This document shows, piece after piece, positions 20,599-30,436 of a DNA stretch of 64,000 nucleotides (the stretch's first letter is position 1; each line of letters opens with the position of its first letter). The stretch comes from Deinococcus sp. (GTDB lineage: Bacteria > Deinococcota > Deinococci > Deinococcales > Deinococcaceae), in contig OZ253375.1 in NCBI GenBank assembly GCA_965261005.1, forward strand, positions 2,496,001-2,560,000. Direction: 5' to 3'. The notes under the pieces are model-generated. The model was not told where the DNA came from and searched no databases. It was given only the letters and a program-made list of their open reading frames with translations. A program made the position numbers and the translations under genes.

Positions 20599-20811
20599 CT
20601 AATTCGGCCACGCCTGGTTGTCCTCTTCCTCCTCGGGATCGAGCAGGACCAGCAGGTCCTCCAGGTCATTGTCCTCGGGCCACAGCAGCAGGTCCTCGTC
20701 GTACTCGGCCTCGACAACGTGGGCATTCCAGAAGGCGGCCTCCTCGGCGGCGCTCACAAAGGGGGGAACCTCCGACCAGCGGATGAGTGGAATCAAAGAT
20801 GGGGCGGTCAT
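20599..20811 (-). CDS. Small acidic protein resembling the N-terminus of CopG/BrnA-type antitoxins
   Basis: VPPFVSAAEEAAFWNAH motif; TACACT upstream of the ATG; no RHH domain. Confidence 0.5.
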   Translation of the reverse strand: MTAPSLIPLIRWSEVPPFVSAAEEAAFWNAHVVEAEYDEDLLLWPEDNDLEDLLVLLDPEEEEDNQAWPN

Positions 20812-20986
20812 GCGGGCAGTGTAACCGGACTTTTCTCACATAACTCTTACGTGGCTGCCGTTATTTTTGCTGGCTCTCACAGCGCTAGGAGCCGAGGCCC
20901 ACGCCCGCGTGATGGAAGAGCGCAAGCGATGAAAGCGGCAGCCAGTTTTAGCTGGATCGGTTATCCTGTCTCCAGGAGGCGCGGCG

Positions 20987-23707
20987 ATGATGGAGGACCG
21001 GCGCAAGGCGCAGCAAAGCGAGCAGCAAGGCACTTCTGCGTGGCCTACGATCCACGTGCGCGACCCGTCGCCCGCCCGGCACGCCGAGCAGACGCTGTCC
21101 TTGCTGCGCTGGCAGAACCTCCCCGCCTATCACGCGCAACTGGTCCTGTTCGAGCGCGACCCGGGGGCGGTGCTGTCGCAGGCCAAGGCCGGTCGTGAGC
21201 GCGAAGCGCTGCGCGAGGTCTACCAAAGCGAAGTGAAGCAGGAACGCCAGCGCCTCGCCTGGGAACGTGAAGCGCCCCAACGGGAGAAGCAAGCCTGGCA
21301 CGCAGCCCAGCAGCAACGGCTTGAGGAGCAGCTGCAAGAGCACCGGCAAGCCAAGCAGGCCGCGACCATGCAGCGCCGCCAGAACGAGCGGCAAGCGAAC
21401 GAGGCGAAGAGGCCGCAGGTCAAGGCAGAGCGCGCCAAGCAGCGCGCTTCACAACAGCCCACCCGAAGCCCCGCCAAGCTGGCCCAGCAGCTCTTGCCCT
21501 TCCTGGAAGGGACCACCCGCCGGGAGCTGGAACGGGCGCAGAAGTTTCTCAACCACTTCACGCCGCAGACCCGCACCGAGGTCTTGAAACTGATCGTTCA
21601 GCGGCATCCCCTGGAAGTGGAGCACCTGCTGTACGGCCTGTCTGGAGACCAGATGGAAACCCTGCTGCGCCTCATCACGCGGGCCAAGCAGGACTTAGGG
21701 CTGCTGCCCACGGTTGAGACACCCAAAGCGGCGACCAAAGCAACTCAGGCGACGCTGAGCTTTGCCGTCTTTCGCCCGAATCAGGCCAAGGTGCCGGATC
21801 AACCGGGGCCGGAGGCGGTGAGTGCGGCCGTCGCTCAACTGGTCCAACTGTCGCAGCTGGGCGGGGCGAGCGGCGGGGCCATGCAGTCAGAAGTGCGCGG
21901 CTTCTCGCCGGCGATGCGAACGGCCGTGGCGCGGGAACTCAAGCGGCAGTTCCCGCCGATCTACCACAAGCTCGCCGCGCTGCTGGACACGCCGCTTGCC
22001 AAGCCCGCCGCGCCCGTCCAGCCCGTCATGCTGCCGCCCGCACCTGTGGACCCCATGCTTGACGAGGCGGTGGACGTGCTGCTGAAGCTCAGAACGAGCC
22101 TGAACAACAGCGGCGGGCATCAGGTGGACGTGGGCAAGAACAGCTTCGGCATCCAGCCCAGCTTCGACGCGGAGATGGCCTACCGCTCGGTCATGTCACG
22201 GGTGGATTCGCACGAACTGGCCCTGCTGTACCACGAGCAGAGCGGCTACAGCTTCGAGCGCGACTTCGGGCCGCTACGGGCGAGCTATCAGAAGGTGCAG
22301 GGCATCACGGGCGAGAAAACTGTGCCGATCAGTCCAGAGACGCTGACCCGCGACGCCCTCTACAATCTGATTGCCACCAAATTTGCTTACGACGACGAAC
22401 TTGATGAGGTCGCCCAGGCTCTGCTCAAACGCTTCGGTTACCGCAGCAATCGGGCGGTATACGGCCGGCTGGGCACCCAGCTGAGACCTTTCACGCCGCT
22501 GCATCCCCACCTTCCCCCGCTGCTCACTTTTCGCGGCACCGAGGGCAGCAAGCTGAAGACCCTGGAAGGGCAGACCGATCTGCTGGTCACCGATTCGGAC
22601 CCCCAGGGTATTGCGGCGACCGCCTTTGCCAAGAACAAGGCCCTGATCGGGCTATGGTTGGACACGTTACATGTACAGGGCAAGGTGACCGTGCTGGGCC
22701 ACTCCCTGGGCGGTGCCCTCGCGCAGTGGAGCGAGGGCACTTGGCCGGAGAAGATCGGCAACGCCGTCACCTTCAATGCTCCTGGCGTGCCCAAGAGCGT
22801 CGTGCAAAATGTGAAGCGCTACAACGCTGGCGTGAAGCCGTACAACCAGTTGCACACCACCCATTACCGCATGACCGGCGACCTGATCAGTCAGGGTGGA
22901 GCTGCCTTTGCCCCCGGCGAGATTCGCCGCTTCCGGCTGGACACCAAGGGCGCCCCCAACCTGGGCGGACCATTCGGCGGCGTGCTGCTGGACGCGGCGG
23001 TGAACCAGAGTACACAGCGCCTTTGGCAAGCCTTGACCGGCGAGAAGCTTTCGGGCCGGGTGGATTTGGGCACGCTGCTCAAGGCGCTGAGCTTTCAGAC
23101 CCACCTCGCACCGATGCTGCCCCAACAGCTCGCCAAAGTGCCGCCCCAGGCGCGCACGCCGGATATGCAGGCGTTGCTCGACTTTTACCAGAAAAGCGTG
23201 CTGAAAGGCGAGGCGGAACGGCCAGCACGCTACGTGGCAAGTGGGACCACCGAGGCCGAGAACGCTGACCCCAGGCGAGAGCGAACCGAGGCGATCCGGG
23301 TGCGGGCTGGACAGCTGATTGAGCAGCTCAAGCGAGAAGTGGCGAGCGGACAACTCCAGGCGCCACACCCTTCGCCCAGTTTCATGTCGCCGGGCGCTGG
23401 ACCACTCTTGGAGGCGCGCGATCAGGCCCGCTATGCCCTCGGCAGTATCGCTCTGTCAGCAGACCACTATGACGCCCTCTACGCCCCCGTCGAACAGCTG
23501 GTGAGGGCCGCGAAGTCGAAGGCGGAAGTTGCAGAGATTCGAGAAGGCTTAAACACCATTGGTCACGCGGTGAGTCAAAGCGCCGTGCCTGAAAAGGTCA
23601 AATTTCTCTACAGCGCCTGGCGACAAGGCGATATCAGATTGAGACTCGCCGTTGTGAATCAATTGGAGAACATGTGGTACGCCTGGCATCCGGAGGCGAC
23701 TACGTGA
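20987..23707 (+). CDS. 906-aa putative lipase effector: Q/R-rich N-terminus plus alpha/beta-hydrolase domain
   Basis: AGGAGG RBS; LTFRGTE, GHSLGGALAQ, VTFNAPG, GDLI lipase class 3/Tle-like motifs. Confidence 0.8.
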   Translation: MMEDRRKAQQSEQQGTSAWPTIHVRDPSPARHAEQTLSLLRWQNLPAYHAQLVLFERDPGAVLSQAKAGREREALREVYQSEVKQERQRLAWEREAPQREKQAWHAAQQQRLEEQLQEHRQAKQAATMQRRQNERQANEAKRPQVKAERAKQRASQQPTRSPAKLAQQLLPFLEGTTRRELERAQKFLNHFTPQTRTEVLKLIVQRHPLEVEHLLYGLSGDQMETLLRLITRAKQDLGLLPTVETPKAATKATQATLSFAVFRPNQAKVPDQPGPEAVSAAVAQLVQLSQLGGASGGAMQSEVRGFSPAMRTAVARELKRQFPPIYHKLAALLDTPLAKPAAPVQPVMLPPAPVDPMLDEAVDVLLKLRTSLNNSGGHQVDVGKNSFGIQPSFDAEMAYRSVMSRVDSHELALLYHEQSGYSFERDFGPLRASYQKVQGITGEKTVPISPETLTRDALYNLIATKFAYDDELDEVAQALLKRFGYRSNRAVYGRLGTQLRPFTPLHPHLPPLLTFRGTEGSKLKTLEGQTDLLVTDSDPQGIAATAFAKNKALIGLWLDTLHVQGKVTVLGHSLGGALAQWSEGTWPEKIGNAVTFNAPGVPKSVVQNVKRYNAGVKPYNQLHTTHYRMTGDLISQGGAAFAPGEIRRFRLDTKGAPNLGGPFGGVLLDAAVNQSTQRLWQALTGEKLSGRVDLGTLLKALSFQTHLAPMLPQQLAKVPPQARTPDMQALLDFYQKSVLKGEAERPARYVASGTTEAENADPRRERTEAIRVRAGQLIEQLKREVASGQLQAPHPSPSFMSPGAGPLLEARDQARYALGSIALSADHYDALYAPVEQLVRAAKSKAEVAEIREGLNTIGHAVSQSAVPEKVKFLYSAWRQGDIRLRLAVVNQLENMWYAWHPEATT

Positions 23708-24243
23708 GTAGATGGAACGTGGCCGCCTTTGTCGCGCCGTTGTTCATCGTCGCCTTTGCCATTTTAAGGAGCGTTATGCCAGATAAGGGAACCGAACAAC
23801 AACTTTTTGAAGGTGTGATCTCAAAACTTTCGAGCTCATCTAGGATAAAGCCCATCCCCTGTTCTGAAGGGTTAACGGAATTCGTCCACAAGGATGAAAG
23901 CGTTCGATGTTTTGACTTCACCAGTCATCAAGGCGCGGAAGCCGATGTAGACCAACGCTTAGTGGAGTTTCAGAAGGCAATCCAGGAGAGCCTGCCTAGA
24001 AGTGCCGTCATGGATTTGCCGTGGCGAGAAGACTATGGAAGTTCTGTTGCTGGTTGGTCTCTATCAGGGCGCCCTGGTTGGAGTTGGACGGTCGGTTTTA
24101 CATCACATGGAGCAGCCAAACAGGGGTCCTACGATCCTGGGTTCTGGAAGCATCCTGAGAACGTTCCGCATTTCGAAGGCGACGTCGTGTATATCGCTCT
24201 TTTGCGTACATCGTCACGTACAGAGGTTGAAAGCAAGCAGTAA
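23704..24243 (+). CDS. Putative immunity protein 1 (N-terminal TM/signal)
   Basis: GTGA overlap with the lipase stop; lower GC; paralogue of the next gene. Confidence 0.65.
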   Translation: MSRWNVAAFVAPLFIVAFAILRSVMPDKGTEQQLFEGVISKLSSSSRIKPIPCSEGLTEFVHKDESVRCFDFTSHQGAEADVDQRLVEFQKAIQESLPRSAVMDLPWREDYGSSVAGWSLSGRPGWSWTVGFTSHGAAKQGSYDPGFWKHPENVPHFEGDVVYIALLRTSSRTEVESKQ

Positions 24244-24253
24244 AGCGCAAGGC

Positions 24254-24744
24254 GTGAGGGCATGGACCGTCGGCCTTTGTTCAGTAGGCTTGGTAGCCGC
24301 CGCTCTGGTTCTTCCGAGGAAAAGCATGGAAAGTACGCTTGATCGCCGGCAGCTTTTTGATCAACTTGTCTTAAGGCTGTCGAGCAAAGTGAATCTGCGG
24401 CCCATCCCCTGCTCCAAGCTGTTAGATGGCGCTCAAGGGGAAGACGGTTATCTGGCGTGCTTTGATTTCGTCAGTCACCTCAAGGATGATGAGGGAAGTG
24501 AAAAGGACAGCCGCTTAAAAGAACTGAACAACGCCATCCTGAAAATCAAACCCGAAACGCTCAAATCAAAGAACGACTGGGTCGAGAACTACGGCACCTC
24601 GGCTGCTTCTTGGTACGTCGCCAATTTTCCCAACTGGGTATGGACCGTCGGCTTCACCGGGCATTCACTTGCCGGAGACGATTATCCGTCAAGCGTCAAT
24701 CTTCGGGGGACGTCGTTTACGTAGCCTTAATTCACAACCCATGA
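24254..24744 (+). CDS. Putative immunity protein 2, paralogue of immunity 1, frameshifted near its 3' end
   Basis: Shares PIPCS, CFDFxSH, WxExYGxS, WTVGFTxH; in-frame stop at 24724, but the GDVVYVAL tail continues in another frame to 24744; start uncertain (24227 or 24254). Confidence 0.6.
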
Positions 24745-25847
24745 CGATGACGCAGACGCAGACATGGCCTGCGTGGACGGGCGCCTGGCACAATATGGCA
24801 GCCAGCAAGAGCGTCCCGTCGCCGAGGCGCATGACCCTCCTCCAGCACTACGGCTTGCAAGCCATGAGCTTGATTGCCGGCACCAGCGGCTTCGAGATGC
24901 GCGTCTTTTTGCCCATCCCCAAGGGGCAGAAGAACCACAAGCCGAGTGCCCGTCCCGTCGTCGCCTTTCGTGGCTCCGAGGGCAGCAAGCTCACGAACGC
25001 CAAGGACGCTTCCGGCCGGCTGGACTTCGATGACGACCTGAGAAGCCGCCAGGTCGGCGAGCGCCAGTTCCGCGAGAACCACGACCTGATCCGCTTTTGG
25101 CTGAACCTCGCCCACCAGAAGGGCCTGCCCGCCGTCACGGGACACTCCCTGGGCGGCGCCCTCGCGCAGATGACGGCCTGTGCCTGGCCCGAGCTGACCG
25201 GCCAGGTCGTCACCTTCCAAGCCCCGGCCATCAACCCGGGGGGCATGGCGAACCTCAAGCACTTCAACGCCAAGCACGAAAAAGACGGCCGGGCCATCGT
25301 CAGTCAGCACGTCCGCTTTGACAACGACGTGGTGGAACAGGCCGGCAACGCGCTGACACCCGGCTTCATGCACCGCTTCGCCACGCCGGCCTCGCCGCTG
25401 ATGGCAACGCTGAGCGTCTTGGCGCAGCCCCTAGCAGCGGTGGCGGGCTTCGGGGTGGGTGGGGTGTCTGGAGAGTGGCAGATGCTCAGAGGCCGGATGA
25501 ACCCGTGGGAAGCGCTGAAGATGCCGTTCAAGGGGGCAGCGACTGGCTTTAATCTGGGCTACCGCCTGCCGCGCACGGGTGAGCACACCACGCCAGCGGT
25601 ACGGGATGAGCTAATCGCGCGGGACCCAGAAGCCATGAAGCTGTTCGGCAAGACCAAAGGGGTCGGCGCGAAGGTGGACTACCTCTCGTCCGAGCGGGTG
25701 AACGACTTGGGCGCGCGGCCGTATGAGCGGCTGCGAGAGGACGTGGGCGGGGTGGACACCACCAACCCCCAGTACGTCGAGGCCCATCAGAAGCTGAGTG
25801 AAATCGCCCAGATCAGCGACAAGTACGTGTTCCGGTGCCCGACCTGA
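24741..25847 (+). CDS. Orphan lipase toxin module lacking the long N-terminal region
   Basis: VAFRGSEGSKL, GHSLGGALAQ, VTFQAPAI align with the lipase domain of 20987..23707. Confidence 0.7.
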   Translation: MTMTQTQTWPAWTGAWHNMAASKSVPSPRRMTLLQHYGLQAMSLIAGTSGFEMRVFLPIPKGQKNHKPSARPVVAFRGSEGSKLTNAKDASGRLDFDDDLRSRQVGERQFRENHDLIRFWLNLAHQKGLPAVTGHSLGGALAQMTACAWPELTGQVVTFQAPAINPGGMANLKHFNAKHEKDGRAIVSQHVRFDNDVVEQAGNALTPGFMHRFATPASPLMATLSVLAQPLAAVAGFGVGGVSGEWQMLRGRMNPWEALKMPFKGAATGFNLGYRLPRTGEHTTPAVRDELIARDPEAMKLFGKTKGVGAKVDYLSSERVNDLGARPYERLREDVGGVDTTNPQYVEAHQKLSEIAQISDKYVFRCPT

Positions 25848-25919
25848 GGGCGCTTTGCGCTAGACTCGGACGGTTGCCCGCGCGGCGTCAGGCGGCGTGG
25901 GCTGTAGGAGGTAGCAGAC

Positions 25920-27014
25920 ATGTCCCTCGGCATCGGAATCGTGGGGCTTCCTAACGTGGGGAAGTCCACCTTGTTCAACGCCATCACGCGGGCGGGCGCC
26001 GTGGCCGCCAACTTTCCCTTCGCCACCATTGACAAAAACGTGGGCGTGGTGGCCGTGCCCGACGAGCGCCTGTCTGCCCTTCAGGCGATCTTCACCAAGG
26101 GCGAGCGGGTGCCGCCCATCATCCCGACCAGCGTCGAGTTCGTGGACATCGCGGGCCTGGTGAAGGGGGCCAGCCGTGGGGAGGGGCTGGGCAACCAGTT
26201 TCTGGCGAACATCCGCGAGGTGGACGCCGTCGCGCACGTGGTCCGCTGCTTTGACGACCCCAACATCGTCCACGTGGCGGGCAGGGTGGACCCCCTCGAC
26301 GACATCGCCACCATCAACACCGAGCTGGTGCTGGCCGACTTGGCAAGCATGGAGCGCCGGGTGGACCGCCTGAAAAAGAGCGCCAAGGGAAACAAAGAGG
26401 ACGCCGAGCTGCTGGCCCTCGCGCAGGAGGTGCTGGCAGTTCTGGAGCGCGGCGACCCGGTGAGAAGCGGAACTTATGAGGCGCCACTTCCCCGGGACTT
26501 CGGCTTGCTGACGGCCAAGCCGGTGATCTACGTCGCCAACGTGGCCGACGACGACTTGGCGCAGGACAACGACATGGTGCGCCTGGTACGCGACTTCGCG
26601 GCGGGGGAGGGGGCCGAGGTCGTCAAGATCAGCGCGCAGATCGAGGGCGAGTTGGCTGAAATGCCCCAGGAGGAGGCGCTCTCCTTTTTGAGCGACCTCG
26701 GCATCGAGGAGCCGGGCCTCGACAAGCTGATTCGCGTCGGCTACCGAACCCTCGGCCTGATCACCTTTATCACCGCCGGCGAAAAGGAGGTGCGCGCCTG
26801 GACGGTGCGGCGTGGCGACAAGGCGCCGCGCGCGGCCGGCACCATTCACACCGACTTCGAGCGCGGCTTTATCCGCGCCGAGGTGATCGGCTGGGACAAG
26901 CTGGTGGAGGCCGGCAGCTGGGCGAACGCCAAAAGTAAGGGCTGGGTGCGCACCGAGGGTAAGGAATACGTGATGCAGGACGGCGACGTCATGAACGTGC
27001 TGTTCAACGTGTAG
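25920..27014 (+). CDS. ychF: Redox-regulated ATPase YchF
   Basis: GLPNVGKSTLFNA, ANFPFATI, DIAGLVKGAS, GTIHTDFERGFIRAE. Confidence 0.97.
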   Translation: MSLGIGIVGLPNVGKSTLFNAITRAGAVAANFPFATIDKNVGVVAVPDERLSALQAIFTKGERVPPIIPTSVEFVDIAGLVKGASRGEGLGNQFLANIREVDAVAHVVRCFDDPNIVHVAGRVDPLDDIATINTELVLADLASMERRVDRLKKSAKGNKEDAELLALAQEVLAVLERGDPVRSGTYEAPLPRDFGLLTAKPVIYVANVADDDLAQDNDMVRLVRDFAAGEGAEVVKISAQIEGELAEMPQEEALSFLSDLGIEEPGLDKLIRVGYRTLGLITFITAGEKEVRAWTVRRGDKAPRAAGTIHTDFERGFIRAEVIGWDKLVEAGSWANAKSKGWVRTEGKEYVMQDGDVMNVLFNV

Positions 27015-27024
27015 CCGGAAAACC

Positions 27025-27804
27025 GTGGACCGAGACTTCATTCTGCGTCTAGAGGCGGCCGTGCAGTACCGGGGCGCCGCCGCATTTGAACAGGCGGCAC
27101 GGCAACCTGGGAATCCGCTGGACGCGGCCGTGGGCCGGCTTGATGGGGCGCTCGCGCTGAAGTTGGCGGGCGCCCCTGAGTTGTGGTGGTACAACCGCCT
27201 CAGCGGCTTGAGCGACGTTCGCCAATTTAAAGCGGCCTTGACCTTTTATGGCGCGCTGCCGTTCGCCATCGAGACATGGCCGATGTTCGAGACTCCCGAA
27301 CTCCTGAGTGTGTTGGCAGAAAAGGGTTTCGCGCCCTTCGCCCGTTCGGCCACCTTGTACGGCCAGCCGTCCGCGCCGCCACATGGCGGCATAGAGACGC
27401 GGGAAGTATCACAGGATGAGCAGCTTTTTGACCGCGTGTACCTGCGCGCCTTTGGCTTCGACGATCCGGCTCAGCAAGCCATGACCTCGCTGGAAAATGG
27501 GGTTCCCGGCGCGCGGCGCTATCTGGCTTTTTTGAACGGCGAGGCGGTGGCCGCCGCCGCCCTGATCGAGCATGAAGGCGTGGCCTACCTGGCCGGGGCC
27601 GCGACCCTGCCCGAGTTTCGGCGGTCGGGCGCGCAGTCAGCCTTGGTCGCGCGCCGTGTTGCGGACGCTGGCAGCGGCGCCCTGGTGGCCGTGACGGCCA
27701 CGTTGGGATCGGGCAGCCAACGCAATCTGGAGCGGCTCGGCCTGCGCGTCGCTCACGTCAAGACAACCTGGCGACAAGAAGGGCCAGCGTACGACGCCAC
27801 TTGA
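27025..27804 (+). CDS. GNAT acetyltransferase
   Basis: AATLPEFRRSGAQSAL, SQRNLERLG. Confidence 0.85.
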   Translation: MDRDFILRLEAAVQYRGAAAFEQAARQPGNPLDAAVGRLDGALALKLAGAPELWWYNRLSGLSDVRQFKAALTFYGALPFAIETWPMFETPELLSVLAEKGFAPFARSATLYGQPSAPPHGGIETREVSQDEQLFDRVYLRAFGFDDPAQQAMTSLENGVPGARRYLAFLNGEAVAAAALIEHEGVAYLAGAATLPEFRRSGAQSALVARRVADAGSGALVAVTATLGSGSQRNLERLGLRVAHVKTTWRQEGPAYDAT

Positions 27805-27895
27805 TGGTCTCACGGCCAAGCCCCGTCTGCACCGAGAGAAACCAAAATGCGCTCGCCGGGACACCGTGTGGGGGCGTTTCTGAGTAGCATGTCGC

Positions 27896-29449
27896 ATGAG
27901 CCATACGACTGCCCTCACCCGACCGCCGCACGGAACCCTGCGGCAGCCCGAAATCAGCGTCGAGGGGGACGTGCTGGCCAGCTACGCCAGCGACGCCTCG
28001 CACCGCTGGGGTCACCTGCTGGGCGTCGCCGCGCCGGCCAGCGAGGCCGAGATCGCCGCGCTGCTCGGAAGCGGCGCACGCCTGCTGCCGGTGGGGGCGC
28101 GCAGCAGCCTGACCGGGGGCGCGGCGGCGGCAGGGGAGGTGGCGCTGTCCACCCGGCGCTTCGACCGTCTGGAATTGCGCGGCGACCTGGTGCGGGTGGG
28201 CGCGGGCGTGACGCTGCGCGACCTGAACGCTTACCTGGCGGAGCATGGCCGCCGCTACCCCGCCGGCCCCACTTGGGACGGCGCCAGCGTGGGTGGCCTG
28301 GTCGCCACCAACGCCGCCGGCCCCGCCACCTTTAAGTACGGCCCGACCCGCCCGTGGGTGGTCGGCCTGACCGCCGTGCTGGCCCCCGGCGACACGCTCG
28401 ACCTGACGCGCGGCGAGGTGCGGGCGCGCGGGCGGAGCTTCACGCTGGCGACCTCGGCTGGCCCCTTAGAAGTTCCCGTGCCCGCCTATGACACGCCCGA
28501 TCTGCCCAAGGTGGCAGGGGGCTACTTCGCGCGCGACAACATGGACCTGCTGGATTTGTTCGTCGGCGCCGAGGGCACCCTGGGCGTGGTGACCGAGGTG
28601 ACGCTGCGCACCGTTCCCCTGGCAGACACGGCGCTGGTCTGGCTGCCGCTCGCGGACGAGGCTCAGGCGCTGCGCCTCGCGGGCGCCCTGCGCGCGGCGG
28701 CCCGGGAGACCTGGCGCGCGAATGATCCCCTCGGCCTCGACGTGGCGGCCATCGAGTCCATGGACGGGCGCTGCCTGGCGCTGCTGCGCGAGGACGGCCT
28801 GACGCGCCTCGTGCCCGCCGGGGCGGGCTACGCGCTGCTGCTTCAGCTGGAGTTGCCCGCCGGATGGGGCACGCCGGAGGCGCTGGAAAACGCCTTCGAC
28901 GAGGACGCCCCCGACCACCCCTTCACCCGCTTGGTCCGGCTGCTGACGGAACACGGCGCGCTGGACGCCGCGCAGATCGCCCTGCCGGGGGACCCGGTCG
29001 CCCGCGAGTTTGTGCAGCTGCGCGAGCGCGTCCCCGAGGGCGTCAACCGCCGCGTTGCGGGGGCCGGGGGTCACAAGGTCGGCGGCGACCCGCTGGTCCC
29101 CTTCGACCAGCTCGGCCCCTGGCTGGGCGAGTTGCGTGCCAGTTTCGCGCGGGCAGGGCTGGACTTGGCCGTGTGGGGCCACCTGTCGGACGGCAACCTG
29201 CACCCCAACCTGGTGCCGCACGCGCCGGGAGACTTCGAGTTGGCCGCCGATTTGATCTACGCCGCCTCGCTGCGCGCCCTGGAACTCGGCGGCGCGCCCC
29301 TGGCGGAACACGGCGTCGGCAAGCACCCGGGCAAACAGCGTTTGCTGAGGGCCATGTACGGCGAGGCGGGCTTGGCGGACATGCGGCGCGTCAAGGCGGC
29401 GCTGGACCCGCACGGGCAGTTGGCGTCGGGGAATATTTTTGGAACGTGA
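27896..29449 (+). CDS. FAD-binding oxidoreductase (GlcD/D-2-hydroxyacid dehydrogenase-like)
   Basis: GARSSLTGG, GGLVATNAAG, GAEGTLGVVT, GHLSDGNLH, AEHGVG. Confidence 0.9.
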   Translation: MSHTTALTRPPHGTLRQPEISVEGDVLASYASDASHRWGHLLGVAAPASEAEIAALLGSGARLLPVGARSSLTGGAAAAGEVALSTRRFDRLELRGDLVRVGAGVTLRDLNAYLAEHGRRYPAGPTWDGASVGGLVATNAAGPATFKYGPTRPWVVGLTAVLAPGDTLDLTRGEVRARGRSFTLATSAGPLEVPVPAYDTPDLPKVAGGYFARDNMDLLDLFVGAEGTLGVVTEVTLRTVPLADTALVWLPLADEAQALRLAGALRAAARETWRANDPLGLDVAAIESMDGRCLALLREDGLTRLVPAGAGYALLLQLELPAGWGTPEALENAFDEDAPDHPFTRLVRLLTEHGALDAAQIALPGDPVAREFVQLRERVPEGVNRRVAGAGGHKVGGDPLVPFDQLGPWLGELRASFARAGLDLAVWGHLSDGNLHPNLVPHAPGDFELAADLIYAASLRALELGGAPLAEHGVGKHPGKQRLLRAMYGEAGLADMRRVKAALDPHGQLASGNIFGT

Positions 29450-29452
29450 GCT

Positions 29453-29845
29453 TTAAGGGGTCGGGGAAAGGGTTCCCGCCTCGAAGGTCAGCCGCGCCGC
29501 CTTCCGGTTGACTTGCGCTTTCATACTCAGCTGGCGGCGGTAACACAGGTGTGCCCGCGCGTCGCACAAAAACAGGTCGGCGCTAAGGGTGACGAGAACG
29601 GTTTTCATCTCATTCGGCACCTTCAGCTGAAACTTCAATGGGCGCGCGGACGCCCAGTAATGCTCGGGGTCGGTCTTGTCGGGTGTTCCCGAGAGCTTGG
29701 CCGTCTGTTCGCCCCAGGGCGTCCTCAGCGTGACGGTCGAGCTGCCCAGCCGGTTGAACAGCACGCCGGGCGGCGCGGGCACCCGCACCTCGATAGTCCC
29801 AGCGGGCGCCACTCCCAACGCGAGGGCCAACCATAAGCTCAGCAT
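29453..29845 (-). CDS. Exported beta-rich protein with a C-terminal Cys pair
   Basis: Hydrophobic N-terminus; LFLCDARAHLCY; starts immediately after the redoxin stop. Confidence 0.7.
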   Translation of the reverse strand: MLSLWLALALGVAPAGTIEVRVPAPPGVLFNRLGSSTVTLRTPWGEQTAKLSGTPDKTDPEHYWASARPLKFQLKVPNEMKTVLVTLSADLFLCDARAHLCYRRQLSMKAQVNRKAARLTFEAGTLSPTP

Positions 29846-30370
29846 CTACTTCTCCGCGAGCAGCTTCTTCAAAGTCGCTTCCAGCCCCGGAATCGCGTCC
29901 GGGTAGCGGCTGGAAATCTCGCCGGCGTGGACCTCCCGGATGACCCCTTTTCGGTCAATCAGGTAAAAGGCGGGCCAGTAGCTGTTCTGGTAAGCGTTCC
30001 AGGTGGCGTTCTGGTTGTCCTGCACCACCGGCCAAGTGACGCCGTCGCGCTTCAGCGAGGCCGCGACACTCAAAAGCGGCTTGTCCGACTCGAACTCGGG
30101 GGTGTGGACGCCCACGATTTCCAGGCCCTGCCCCTTGTACTTGGCGTACCACGCCTCCAGGGTCGGCAAGCTGTTGTGGCAGTTGACGCACGAGTAGACC
30201 CAGATGTTGAGCAGCACGACCTTGCCCTTTAAGTCCGCGAGGTGCAGCGGCTGGCTGTTGAGCCACCCACCTCCGGGAATCACCTCCGGCGCCTTTTCCC
30301 CAACGCCCACAGCGAGGGCCGGTGAATATACCGCTCCCAGCAGCGCAAGCCCCAAAACGAGTCTTTTCAT
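29846..30370 (-). CDS. Exported redoxin (DipZ/NHLRC2-type thioredoxin domain)
   Basis: Signal peptide; [33 protein letters not shown]. Confidence 0.88.
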   Translation of the reverse strand: MKRLVLGLALLGAVYSPALAVGVGEKAPEVIPGGGWLNSQPLHLADLKGKVVLLNIWVYSCVNCHNSLPTLEAWYAKYKGQGLEIVGVHTPEFESDKPLLSVAASLKRDGVTWPVVQDNQNATWNAYQNSYWPAFYLIDRKGVIREVHAGEISSRYPDAIPGLEATLKKLLAEK

Positions 30371-30436
30371 ACTGCCTCCTTGCCTGAAGTACGCCGCCGG
30401 GTGGGGCCGGGGTTCACATGCCCTAGAATCGCCGGC

